Shown here one piece after another: positions 54,899-64,000 of a stretch of 64,000 nt of DNA (position 1 is the stretch's first letter; each line of letters starts with the position of its first letter). Made by a program: the position numbers and the translations under genes. The notes beneath the pieces were generated by a model. The model worked only from the letters and a program-made list of their open reading frames with translations, was not told the origin of the DNA and ran no database searches. The stretch comes from an uncultured Thermoleophilaceae bacterium (GTDB lineage: Bacteria > Actinomycetota > Thermoleophilia > Solirubrobacterales > Thermoleophilaceae): the NCBI GenBank assembly GCA_963722705.1, contig CAVRNY010000006.1:631440-695439 (forward strand). The letters run 5' to 3'.

Positions 54899-56365
54899 CC
54901 GATCGCGCCCCAGCCGCTTCCCCTCAATATCCGCGATCTGATCATCAACCCAATCCCCCGGATCGCGCGCTTCCACCACCCGCTTCAGCCCCTCGGCGCG
55001 CCAGGAGCGCTCGTCGGCGGACATCGTGAGGGCGCGGTGGATCGCGTCGGCCTGCTCCTGCACGTCGAACGGGTTCACCGACAGCGCGAACTCGGCGAGC
55101 TCCTCGTGGGCGCCCGTGTTCTCGCTCAGCAGCGACACCCCGTGCCGCTCGTTCACGAGCGGCCCCTCCTTGGCGATCAGGTTCATGCCGTCGAACATCG
55201 CGTTGACCATCAGCAGGTCGTAGTGCTTGTAGGCGGCGATCGCCTCCTCGAGGTTCTCGCGCAGCTTCAGGTCGATCGGCATCCAGTCCGTCGTGCCGTG
55301 CCGGTGGTTCACGACGGCCACCAGGGCCTCGATCCGCTCCAGGTACTCGGCGTACTCGGGAACGTCCTGGCGCGAGGGGATGAGGTGAGCGATGAAGGTC
55401 ACGCGCTCGTTGAACTCGGGGTGCTGCTCGAGGAAGAGGTCGAAGGCGGCGAACCCGCGCAGGACGTTCTTGGACAGGTCGGCCCTGTCGACGCGCAGGA
55501 TCAGGTGCTCGCGCCGCCGGCGCAGGATCTCGCGCTCGTACTCGTGGACCGCGGCGCGCTGCGCGTTGCGCCGGAAGGTCTCCGCCGAGATCGGGAGGGG
55601 ATACGCCCGGACCCAGATCTCGCGATCGTCGAAGCGCACGATCCCGGCCTGGTCGTCGACCTCGAGGTCGAACAGCTCCTGGCAGCAGAGCAGGAAGTTG
55701 CGCCGGTAGGCGCGGGTGTGGAAGGCGACGATGTCGTTGGACAGGATGCCCTCGAAGATGTCCTCGCGCATGTCGCGCGGGAGCACGCGCCAGGCGTCGG
55801 GCTGGGTCCACGGGATGTGGACGAAGTGGTGCAGGAAGGCGTCCGGACGCGACTCGCGGATGAACTTGGGCGCGGCGTAGAGGTGATAGTCGTGAAGCAT
55901 CACGATCGGGGCCTCGTCGCCCTCGATCTCCTCGAGCACGGCATCGGCGAGATCGCGGTTCACCGCGCAGTAGCCGTCCTCGTAGGAGTCCACCTCCCAC
56001 TGGCGGATGTCCGGGGCGTTCGAGAGGTCCCAGAGGTAGTGCTGGATGAACCACAGCATCGGGTTGGCCACGACGTTGTAGAAGCGGTCGTAGGCCTCGG
56101 TCTCCGACTCCACCAGCCGGATCCGGTAGGTGGTGCCGTCGAGCTCGCAGTCGAAGCTGCCGCCGCCGTGCTCGCGCGCCGCCTCCGCGTCCTCGTCCGA
56201 CAGGGTGGAGGCGATCCAAAGCGCATCGCGGTGGTGCACGAGCCCGGTGAGCGCGGTCACGAGGCCCCCACCGCCCCGGCTCGGCACGAGCTCCCCGGAG
56301 TCCGACCGGCCGAACGTGGCCGGGCCACGGTTCGAGACCAGTACGAGGCGGGGCTCAGAATTCAT
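54884..56365 (-). CDS. otsA: Alpha,alpha-trehalose-phosphate synthase (GT20, OtsA)
   Basis: The C-terminal 493 aa of the 831-aa track ORF, starting at ATG 56365 (MNSEPRLVLVSNRGP...). GGLVTAL, HDYHLY, LILRVDRADLSKN and DGMNLIAKE are present. ATGA overlap with the treT stop. Confidence 0.9.
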   Translation of the reverse strand: MNSEPRLVLVSNRGPATFGRSDSGELVPSRGGGGLVTALTGLVHHRDALWIASTLSDEDAEAAREHGGGSFDCELDGTTYRIRLVESETEAYDRFYNVVANPMLWFIQHYLWDLSNAPDIRQWEVDSYEDGYCAVNRDLADAVLEEIEGDEAPIVMLHDYHLYAAPKFIRESRPDAFLHHFVHIPWTQPDAWRVLPRDMREDIFEGILSNDIVAFHTRAYRRNFLLCCQELFDLEVDDQAGIVRFDDREIWVRAYPLPISAETFRRNAQRAAVHEYEREILRRRREHLILRVDRADLSKNVLRGFAAFDLFLEQHPEFNERVTFIAHLIPSRQDVPEYAEYLERIEALVAVVNHRHGTTDWMPIDLKLRENLEEAIAAYKHYDLLMVNAMFDGMNLIAKEGPLVNERHGVSLLSENTGAHEELAEFALSVNPFDVQEQADAIHRALTMSADERSWRAEGLKRVVEARDPGDWVDDQIADIEGKRLGRDRVRSS

Positions 56366-57596
56366 TGCAGGTTCTTGAAGATACGCAGCCAGTCGCGCAG
56401 CAGTCGTGGGGTGAGGAAATGTTGGCGCACATGCTCCTTCCCCGCCCGCCCCAGACGCTTGCCGAGATCCGGGTCCCGGAGGATCCCAAGCGCGCGCTCG
56501 GCGCACTCCTGAGGCGACGAGACGAGGTAGCCCGACTCGCCGTCGTCCACCTGGAGGGGGATGCCGCCGACGCCGCCCCCCGATGAACGGCCGCGCCTTC
56601 CACAGCGCCTCGGACACCGTGAGGCCGAACCCCTCACGGGTCGACTTCTGGATCACGACGTCGGACTGCGACTGGAACGCGTTCACCTCGATCGCCCCGA
56701 CGTTGTTCAGGTTGTTGAGGATGTGCACGTCCGGGTCGCCCTCGGCGTGCGCCATCGTCTGGTTGAAGAACTCCCAGCCCTCCGGGTCGTCGGTGGCCAT
56801 GGAGCCGATCAGCGCGAGCTGGACCTCGGGCATGTCCTCCTTCACCAGCCGGTAGGCGTCGATCACGCCCATGGGGTCCTTCCACGGGTCGAAGCGCGAG
56901 ACCTGGCACATCAGCGGCCGGTCCACGTCGATTCCGAACTGGTCGCACACGTAGGAGGCGTCCTCGGGCGAGAAGGCCATGTTCTTGGGCGACAGCGGGT
57001 CGATGGCGGGCGGGCAGATGTGCACCGGGGCGCCGTCCATCGAGCCGGGCACGTAGTCCTGGAGGTGGAACACCGCGCCGTCGTAGGAGCGGATCAGCGG
57101 CACGAGCCGCTCGATGGCGGTGGGGTTCGGGGTGGAGAGGTCGATGTGGCAGCGCCAGATCCAGTTCTTGCTCTTCTCCGGCACCTGCTGGTGGATCGCC
57201 GCGGGCTGCGGGTCGTGGACGATGATCACGTCCCACCCGCCGGCCAGCTCCTGGGCGTTCATCTCGTTGTACTTCGCGAAGACCTGCCACTGCTCGGGGG
57301 TGAGGCCCTGCGGGTTGCCTTGGAGCGCGTTGTGGAGGAGCTTCGTCACGTTGTAGAACTCCTCGCGGCCGAGCATCACCTGCCACTCGGCCTCGATGCC
57401 CGACGTCGCCCATCAGCGGCACGAGCGTGTAGAGGATCTCCGACACGCCGCCTCCGAATGCCGTGGCCGAGAGGTGGAGCACCTTGAGGCCCTCGAGCTC
57501 GGCCGCCAGCTCGCGGATCTCCTCCACGAGCGGCTTCCCTGCAACGTGCGTGTAGTCGGCCAGGCTCTTGTGGCCGACCGCGATGGGTTGAAGCAT
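56362..57596 (-). pseudogene. treT: Trehalose glycosyltransferring synthase TreT-like GT4 glycosyltransferase (two frame breaks)
   Basis: ATG 57596 gives MLQPIAVGHKSLADYTHVAGKPLVEEIRELAAELEGLKVLHLSATAFGGGVSEILYTLVPLM. Then EFYNVTKLLHNALQGN...WIWRCHIDLS...QVSRFDPWKDP...DDPEGWEFF...VVIQKSTREGFGLTVSEALWK (frame of the 831-aa track ORF). Then GGIPLQVDDGESGYLV...LRIFKNLQ (track ORF 56362..56637). Confidence 0.85.
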
Positions 57597-57955
57597 CAGA
57601 GGCGCTTCACGAGGACGGTCCGGCCGGCCGAGAAGGTGGACTCGTCGACGGTCGCCTCGATGATCGCCCGGGACAGCTCCTGCTCCATGGGCGCGGGCCT
57701 CGCCGCGGACCCCGCCAGCTCCAGCACCAGTCGGTCGTCGTGGAGCCGGAAGTCGAAGTCCACCTGCTCGTCCTCGCCCGTCTCGTCGTCCACGAAGTCG
57801 TTGGCGGCCTCCGTGACCGCCAGCTTCAGGTCTGCGACCTCCGTGGAGTCCAGGGCGGTGAGCCGGCACACGGCCGCGAGCGCAAGCCGCGCGAGCACGA
57901 GATAACCCGGCTTGGCAGGGATCGTGAGCGACACATCGCGACTCTGGGCGTCCAT
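57596..57955 (-). CDS. Anti-sigma regulatory factor-like protein (short, degenerate HATPase_c fold)
   Basis: Intact 119-aa ORF. Its N-terminal half resembles RsbW/SpoIIAB (SLTIPAKPGYLVLARLALAAVCRLTALDSTEVADLKLAVTEAANDFV...DRLVLEL). I see no Gly-rich ATP-lid motif. Confidence 0.5.
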   Translation of the reverse strand: MDAQSRDVSLTIPAKPGYLVLARLALAAVCRLTALDSTEVADLKLAVTEAANDFVDDETGEDEQVDFDFRLHDDRLVLELAGSAARPAPMEQELSRAIIEATVDESTFSAGRTVLVKRL

Positions 57956-57967
57956 CCCGCGGGCACG

Positions 57968-58882
57968 TTACCCAAGTAGGCGAGAGATGCCTTCGTCGAT
58001 CTCCCGCAGGATGCGTTTGTGAAGCTCCGAATTGGCGCTCGCGACGATGGACATCTGGAACTCGGCGGCCGATCCGAGCAGCCTGTTCGGCCCCAGCGGG
58101 CGCCCGTAGGCGTCGCTCACGACCGCCCCGGCCTCCTCCAGGATCAGCACCGATGCCGCCAGGTCGTAGGGCGAGTTGTTCAGCACGGAGCCGCCGCCGA
58201 CCCGCTCGAACTCCGCCTTCATCCCAGGCACGTCCGCGACCATCCGCGGCCCGGGCTCCACGTAGGCGTCGAGCTTGCCGGTGACCACGCACATGGAGTC
58301 GAACGCCGCGGAGCCGAGGTCGAAGGTGCCCCCGCCGACCGACGACGCGTCGATCAGCTCGGCGAGGACCTCGGTCAGGGCCCGCGCGGGGCGGCCGCGG
58401 AAGCCGTAGGTCCAGAACATCCGGTCGAGGCGCTCGTTCGCGGACAGGAGCACCGGCGGCGACTCGGCCAGGCCGGCGCCGCGCTCGGCCAGGTACACGG
58501 CGCCAGACGGGATCTCGACGACGCAGGCCGCGCTCACGTCGGCCATCGTCGGCTCGCCGTCCAGCGGCGCGGCGGCCACCGACACGCAGCACGACTCGAG
58601 TCCCGCGAGGGCCGGGCGGGTGCCGTCGATCGGATCGACCACCAGCACCGCCCGGGCGGCGCCGGCGGGCTCGACCAGGCCCCGGTCCTCCGAGTAGAAG
58701 GCGACGTCGGGGGCGTGCTCGCCGAGCCACTCCTCGAGGAAGTCCTCGGCGTCCGCGTCGATGGCGAAGGTCACGTCGCCGCCCACAGCCTCGGCGTCGT
58801 GCGCCCGGGCCGCATGGGAGCCGAGCGACGGGAGCACCTGCTCGCGCAGGGCGAGCGCGAGGTCGCGGACGAGGGCGCGCAT
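57968..58882 (-). CDS. Inositol monophosphatase / FBPase family protein
   Basis: Intact 304-aa ORF. Metal-binding motifs FYSEDRG and VVDPIDGT, and a C-terminal YDLAASVLILEEAG. Confidence 0.8.
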   Translation of the reverse strand: MRALVRDLALALREQVLPSLGSHAARAHDAEAVGGDVTFAIDADAEDFLEEWLGEHAPDVAFYSEDRGLVEPAGAARAVLVVDPIDGTRPALAGLESCCVSVAAAPLDGEPTMADVSAACVVEIPSGAVYLAERGAGLAESPPVLLSANERLDRMFWTYGFRGRPARALTEVLAELIDASSVGGGTFDLGSAAFDSMCVVTGKLDAYVEPGPRMVADVPGMKAEFERVGGGSVLNNSPYDLAASVLILEEAGAVVSDAYGRPLGPNRLLGSAAEFQMSIVASANSELHKRILREIDEGISRLLG

Positions 58883-58910
58883 CGGCGCAGCCTAGAGCCG
58901 GCGCTCGGCG

Positions 58911-60092
58911 CTAGGGCCGCTCGGGCGGCCTGTCCGGCCGCTCCTCGAGCTTCACCGTCACGGTCCTGCGCTTGCCCTCGCGGATGACCTCGAGCTTCAC
59001 CTCGTCGCCGGCATCCCTGGCGCTGATCAGGTCGGCGAGGTCCGACTCCCGGGTGAGCCTGTGGCTGTCCACCGCCACCACCACGTCGCCGTCGGAGGGG
59101 ATGCCGGGCTGGCCCTGGAACTCGATCTCGTCGTCGCCGTTGTCGAGTCCCGCCTTGTCCGCCGGGCTGTCGTTCTGGACCTCCACGATCAGCGCCCCGG
59201 CGGTCACGGGCAGGTCGAGCCGCTTGGCCAGCTGGGGGTAGAGCGCCTGTGAGGTGACCCCGAGGTAGCCATAGTCCACCTCGCCCTCCGCGCGCAGCTC
59301 GCGCAGCGACCGCCTGACGGTGTCGACTGGCACGGCGAAGCCCACGCCCTCGCCGCCGCCGCTGGTCGACTTGATCTGCGAGTTGATGCCGAGCACCTCG
59401 CCCTTGCCGTTCAGCAGCGGCCCACCTGAGTTGCCCGGGTTGACTGCGGCGTCGGTCTGGATCGCGTTGCCGATCGAGAACGCGGTGAGCGACTCGATGT
59501 TGCGGTCGAGCGCCGAGATCACGCCCACCGACAGCGACTGGCGCTCGCCGAACGGGCTGCCGATGGCGGCCACCGGCGTGCCGACCACGAGGTCGCGGGA
59601 GCGGCCCAGCGCTATCGGGGTGAGCTTCAGGCCGCCGGGGGCGATCTTCAGCAGCGCAACGTCCGCGTTCGGGTCCACGCCGACGATCTTCGCCCGCACC
59701 CGGTTGCCGTCGGACAACTCGGCGTAGACCTCCTTGGCGCGCTTGGTCTTCGGCGGATCCCCGCTGGTGACGACGTGGGCGTTGGTGGCGATGTAGCCGT
59801 CGCCGTCGAGCACGAACCCGGAGCCCTGGCCGCCCTCGCCGTCGTCCTCCCCGCGCAGGATGGACGCGCCGCCGTCGTCGAAGATCGAGATCACGGTTAC
59901 CACGCCCGGGGAGAGCCGCTTGTAGAGCGCGGAGGCGTCGAAGGAGCCCTTCTCGCCCAGGCCCTCGACCACCTCGACCTTCGTGGTCCGCACCTCCTGC
60001 TTGGTGGGGGCGTCGACGTCGGGCTCGGAGTCGTCTCCGTTGCAGCCGGCGAGCGCTCCGACCGCGAGCAGGACCGGCGCGAGGCGCCTCAC
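58911..60092 (-). CDS. HtrA/DegP-family serine protease with PDZ domain (lipoprotein-type signal)
   Basis: Intact 393-aa ORF. Lipobox LAGC, catalytic regions ATNAHVV, DVALLK and GNSGGPL, and a C-terminal PDZ domain. GTGA overlap with the kinase stop. Confidence 0.9.
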   Translation of the reverse strand: MRRLAPVLLAVGALAGCNGDDSEPDVDAPTKQEVRTTKVEVVEGLGEKGSFDASALYKRLSPGVVTVISIFDDGGASILRGEDDGEGGQGSGFVLDGDGYIATNAHVVTSGDPPKTKRAKEVYAELSDGNRVRAKIVGVDPNADVALLKIAPGGLKLTPIALGRSRDLVVGTPVAAIGSPFGERQSLSVGVISALDRNIESLTAFSIGNAIQTDAAVNPGNSGGPLLNGKGEVLGINSQIKSTSGGGEGVGFAVPVDTVRRSLRELRAEGEVDYGYLGVTSQALYPQLAKRLDLPVTAGALIVEVQNDSPADKAGLDNGDDEIEFQGQPGIPSDGDVVVAVDSHRLTRESDLADLISARDAGDEVKLEVIREGKRRTVTVKLEERPDRPPERP

Positions 60093-61522
60093 CGGGTGGC
60101 CGTGGGCGGCAGCTTCAGCGTGAAGGTCGAGCCCGAGTTGCGTCCCTCCGCCGCGAGGCTCCCGTCCATCCGCTCGGCCAGCTCCTGCGCGATCGCCAGC
60201 CCCAGCCCGGCGCCGCGCGCCGCGTCTCCCGTGTAGAAGCGGTCGAACACCTGGCGCTCGTCCGTGAGGCCCGGGCCATCGTCGGCGACCGCGAGGATGG
60301 CGGCGCCGTTCGCGCGACCCGAGGAGACGGTCACGTGCGTGCCCTCGGGTGTGTGGCGAAGCGCATTGTCGAGCAGGATACGCATGATCTGGGCCACCCG
60401 TTCGCGGTCGCAGTCGGCCCTGATCTTGGCCGGCAGGCGCAGCTCCAGCTCGGTCCCGTGGTGCGTCACGGCCGGCTTGAACTCGCCCAGGATCTCCCTC
60501 GCGAGCTCCGAGAGGTCGACCGGCTCGCGCTCCAGCGCGACCGAGCCGGCGTCCAGGCGCGAGAGGTCCAGCAGGTCCACCGCGAGCTTCTGCAGGCGCG
60601 CCACCTGCTCGGCCATCGTGTCCAGGAACTCGCGCCGGGTCTCCTCGTCGAGCTCCTCGTCGCGAAGCAGCTCGACGAACCCGCTGAGGGAGAAGATCGG
60701 CGTGCGCAGCTCGTGCGAGGCGGTCGCGACGAACTCCTTGCGCGCGACGTCGACCTGCCGGAGCTGGTGCTGCATCTCGTTGAACGTGCGCGTGAGCTGG
60801 CCGAGCTCGTCCTCCGAGTCCACCGGCAGGGGGTCGATGAAGCGGCCCGCGGCCACCTCCTCCGCGCCCTCCTCGAGGCGCCGCACGCGCCGGGACAGCG
60901 CCTGAGCCACGAGATAGCCGCCGATCAGCGCCACGAGCAGCGCCGCGACCGTGGCTGCCAGCAGGCGCTCCCGGATGAACGACACCGTCTCGGCGACGTC
61001 GTCGAAGCTGCGCGTGTAGAGCGCGACCCAGTTCACCTCCCCGCGGAACGACAGCGGCTGCGCGATCTCGCCGAGCCGCTCGCCGCCGAGCGATCCCTTG
61101 CCCCGGGTCGTCTTCCGGGAGATGGCGGCCCGGACCGCGAGGCTGCTGTTCTGCGGCACCTCCTTCTCCTCGCGCGAGTCGGTGATCACGAAGAAGCGCA
61201 CGTCCCCGCTGGGGGCCTCGCCGCCGGTCGACTGCTGGATGCCGAACAGCGTGACCCGGGCGCTGGCCGCGTCGGCCACGGCCCGCACGCGCCGGTCCAC
61301 CTCGCCTGCCGTCACGTCGCCGCGGCCCATCAGGCTCTCGAGCGTGCCCTTCGAGCCGGTCGCGACGACCTCGAGGTCGTCGAGCTTCTTCTCCTCGAGG
61401 TTCGACTCGAGCTGGGGCACGAAGTAGAAGTAGATGACCGCGAACGCCGTGGCGGTGATCGCGAAGAAGACCAGCGCGAGCTTGTTGCGGAGCGAGCGAA
61501 GCCGGGGGACGCGCGCCCTCAT
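60089..61522 (-). CDS. Sensor histidine kinase (TM-HAMP-HisKA-HATPase_c)
   Basis: Start taken at ATG 61522 (MRARVPRLRS...), which overlaps the regulator stop by ATGA. H-box ASHELRTPI, N-box LLDNALRH, G-boxes DDGPGL and GLGLAIA. Confidence 0.9.
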   Translation of the reverse strand: MRARVPRLRSLRNKLALVFFAITATAFAVIYFYFVPQLESNLEEKKLDDLEVVATGSKGTLESLMGRGDVTAGEVDRRVRAVADAASARVTLFGIQQSTGGEAPSGDVRFFVITDSREEKEVPQNSSLAVRAAISRKTTRGKGSLGGERLGEIAQPLSFRGEVNWVALYTRSFDDVAETVSFIRERLLAATVAALLVALIGGYLVAQALSRRVRRLEEGAEEVAAGRFIDPLPVDSEDELGQLTRTFNEMQHQLRQVDVARKEFVATASHELRTPIFSLSGFVELLRDEELDEETRREFLDTMAEQVARLQKLAVDLLDLSRLDAGSVALEREPVDLSELAREILGEFKPAVTHHGTELELRLPAKIRADCDRERVAQIMRILLDNALRHTPEGTHVTVSSGRANGAAILAVADDGPGLTDERQVFDRFYTGDAARGAGLGLAIAQELAERMDGSLAAEGRNSGSTFTLKLPPTATR

Positions 61523-62220
61523 CGGTCTCGGAACCGGTAGCCCACCCCTCGAACGGTCTGGATCAGCTCGGGGGTCTTGGCGTCCTTCTCCAGCTTCTCG
61601 CGCAGGTGGCGGATGTGCACGTCCACCGTGCGCGGGTCGCGATACGACGCGTCGCCCCACACGCGCTCGAGCAGCACGGTGCGGTTGTAGACGCGGCCGG
61701 GGTTACGGGAGAGCGCGGCCAGGATCTCGAACTCGACGTAGGTGAGCCGGACGGGCTCGCCGACGAGCGTCACCGCCCGCTTGTCGAAGTCGATCCGCAG
61801 GTCGCCGTCCTCGAGCGGCTCCTGGCCGGGGTCCTCGGATCGCGTGAGCTCGGCTCGGCGCAGCACCGCCTTCACGCGGCTGCGGAACTCGCGGACCGAG
61901 AACGGCTTGGTGATGTAGTCGTCGGCGCCCAGCTCGAGGCCGAGCACCTTGTCGATCTCCTCCGCCTTGGCCGTGAGCATGATGATCGGGACCGAGCTGC
62001 GCGCGCGCACCTGGCGGCACACCTCGAAGCCGTCCACGCGCGGCAGCATCAGGTCGAGCACGACCAGATCGAAGTTGTTGTCCCGCAGCCTGTCGAGCGC
62101 CTCCTGGCCGTCCAGAGCGGACACCACGTCGTATCCCTCCCGGCGCAGGGGAAACGCGAGCAGCTTCTGAACCGAGTGCTCGTCGTCGACGATAAGGATG
62201 CGTGGGGCCTGCGTAGCCAT
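61519..62220 (-). CDS. OmpR/PhoB-family response regulator
   Basis: Intact 233-aa ORF. Receiver domain ILIVDDE...DLVVLDLMLP...LTAK, and a winged-helix output domain LTYVEFEILAAL...TVRGVGYRF. Confidence 0.95.
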   Translation of the reverse strand: MATQAPRILIVDDEHSVQKLLAFPLRREGYDVVSALDGQEALDRLRDNNFDLVVLDLMLPRVDGFEVCRQVRARSSVPIIMLTAKAEEIDKVLGLELGADDYITKPFSVREFRSRVKAVLRRAELTRSEDPGQEPLEDGDLRIDFDKRAVTLVGEPVRLTYVEFEILAALSRNPGRVYNRTVLLERVWGDASYRDPRTVDVHIRHLREKLEKDAKTPELIQTVRGVGYRFRDR

Positions 62221-62261
62221 GGTGGCGCTGATTGCGCCTGTTCGGATTGTAGGTTGCGAGT

Positions 62262-64000
62262 GTGATCGAGCCCCGGATTTATCGGGCGGCTTTCGTGCCG
62301 GCCCTGCTCGCGGTCGTGCTCGTGATGTTCTCGCTGGAGAGCCGGCCGCGGCCTTTGGCGCAGGGTCTGCCCGCCGACGTGGTGTTCGCGGGGCCGACGG
62401 CGGTGCTCACGACAGGGGCGATCGTCGAGGCCGCGCGCGACCGCCGCGCCGGCAACCCGGGGGACCGGGCCGCGGCCCGGCTCGTGATCGACGCGCTGCG
62501 CGGCCACGGCTTCACGGTGGAGCTCGACCGCTTCTCGCGAGGGTCCAAGGACCTCGTGAACGTGATCGGCCGCCGTGCGGGACGCTCCCGGCGCCAGATC
62601 GTGGTGGTCGCGGCGCGCGACGCCGCGGGCGTGCCCGACGCCGCCGGCAGCGCGGCCGACACCGCCGCGCTGATGGAGCTGGCGAGGGTCTTCGAAGGCC
62701 GCCCCTCGCGCAAGACGCTCGTGCTCGCCTCCGTTGACGGCTCGGCGCTCGGCGAGATCGGCACCGAGCGGCTCGCTGGACGAGATCGACTCGCCCGGCC
62801 TCGTGGACGGCGTGATCGTGATGTCCGGCCTGGGCACGCCGTCCGCCGGCGCGCCTGCGGTGGTGCGGATGGTCGGACGACACGAGCCGCGCGAACATCG
62901 GGCTCGAGCGCACGGCGGCGGAGTCGATCAGGGAGGAGCTCGGCTCGGTGGCGCCTGGCGCGAGCGCCGCCGGGCAGCTCGCGCGGCTCGCCTTCCCCCT
63001 CGGGATCGGCCCTCAGGGCGTGCTGCTCGACCACGGATACGACGCCGTGCGCATCGCCGGCGCGGGGGAGCTACGGCGGGTCGAGGGCAGACGCCCGTCG
63101 ACGCAGGTCGACCCGGATCGGGTCGGCGGCCTCGGGCGCGCCACGCTGCGCACGGTGACCGCCCTCGACCAGGGAGGGCCGGCGGAGCACGGCCCGTCCA
63201 CCTACGTGACGGTCGTGAGCCAGGTGATGCCCGGCTGGGTGCTGTCCCTGCTCGCGCTCACCCTGATCCTCCCCGTGCTCGTGGTCGCCATCGACGCTTT
63301 CGCACGCGCGCGCCGCCGGGGGGAGACCCTGGCGCCCTGGTTCCTCTGGATCGGCGGCGGGCGCCCTCGCCTGGGCGGTCGGGCTCGCGCTGGCGTACGG
63401 GCTCACCGTGACCGGCGCGATCGACGAGCCTCCCGACGCCCCGGTCGACCCCGACCTGTACCCGCTCGACGCCGGTGCGCTGGCCGCCCTCGCCGCGGTG
63501 GGGCTGACGATCGGCCTCGGCTGGCTCGCGCTTCGCTTCCTTGCCTCCCGCACGGACCTCGTCCTGACCGATGCGTCGGCGCCGGGCGCCGCGGTGGCGG
63601 TCACGCTCGTGCTCGCTGTCTCCGTGCTCGTGCTCTGGGTGGTCAACCCGTTCGCCGCGCTGCTGCTCACGCCCGGGCTCCACCTGTGGATGCTGGCGAC
63701 GCTCGTCGACCCCGGGCCGCCGCGGCGCGCGCGGATCGCGATGGTCGCCGTGGGCCTGCTCCTGCCCGCCCTGCTCGTGCTCTACCTCCTCATCAGCCTC
63801 TCGCTGGACCCGCTCTCGGCGGCGCCTGGTACCTGCTGCTGCTCGTGATCGGCGGCCACCTGAGCCCGGCGAGCTCGATTGTCGGCTGCGTCCTGGTCGC
63901 GGCCGTCGGGTCGGTGATCGCGATAGCGAGGGCCGGCCGGCCGGAGCGTGGGGACCCGCGCATCACGTCGTCCGTCCGCGGCCCGGCGAGCTACGCCGGA
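62262..64000 (+). pseudogene. M28-peptidase-like membrane protein, catalytic residues apparently substituted (frame breaks; 3' end outside the window)
   Basis: MIEPRIYRAAFVPALLAVVLVMF (TM). M28-like core LVNVIGRRAG...IVVVAARDAAG...GSAADTAALMELARVF...LVLASVDGS. Later TM blocks are in other frames (track ORF 63408..63848), and the gene continues to base 64000. Confidence 0.5.

Noticed and set aside
54884-57379. 831-aa ORF suggesting a TreT-OtsA fusion protein
   Set aside because: The OtsA part starts at its own ATG 56365, which overlaps a TGA that ends the TreT C-terminus in another frame (track ORF 56362..56637). The apparent fusion arises because a frame break near 56585 puts the middle of treT into the otsA frame. 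The linker region is Arg/Gly/Pro nonsense.

Overview
Very GC-rich (by eye above 70%) bacterial chromosome segment covering the replication-origin neighbourhood, with Actinomycetota-like synteny.

Gene content, in order:
- Minus strand: gyrA, gyrB, a DUF721/dciA-like gene, recF, dnaN, dnaA.
- Plus strand, from the divergent dnaA/rpmH spacer: rpmH (missed by the ORF track), rnpA, yidD, yidC, jag, rsmG, parA, parB, tRNA-Ile.
- ddl and an aminotransferase.
- An envelope cluster: DUF4126, an AlkP-family phosphatase, GtrA and two polytopic GT-C-like proteins.
- A ymdB-like phosphoesterase and an ABC-2 exporter.
- A tetrapyrrole/respiration block: hemB, a fused ahbAB/nirDL-like siroheme decarboxylase, hemL, Rieske protein, split cytochrome b6, subunit IV-cytochrome c fusion, menG, polyprenyl synthase.
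- dcd, tatA-tatC, STAS proteins flanking tRNA-Lys, a P450, a Wbp-like UDP-sugar cluster, purA.
- rpsF-[FkbM methyltransferase]-ssb-rplI-dnaB-[dnaC/dnaI-like loader].
- A treT-otsA trehalose operon, an RR-HK-HtrA module, and an M28-like membrane protein that runs off the window.

I found no CRISPR array, rRNA, transposase, integrase or recognisable defence system. I do not see a convincing novel system; most of the window is core housekeeping.

Most notable observations:
1. About 35 genes, including essential ones, can only be read by hopping frames, while other blocks are flawless. I read these as sequence or assembly indels rather than biology. Coordinates of those genes are therefore approximate, and they are typed pseudogene strictly in the as-sequenced sense.
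2. Two identical parS-like sites and a candidate oriC with two identical DnaA-box-like 9-mers.
3. A TAGCRAC heptamer repeat family at three intergenic sites.
4. A DnaC/DnaI-like ATPase directly after dnaB in a genome that also has the DUF721 (DciA-type) gene.
5. An rpsF-ssb-rplI cluster without rpsR and with an inserted methyltransferase.
6. A siroheme-decarboxylase gene between hemB and hemL.

All calls rest on reading the translations and DNA by eye; no searches were run.
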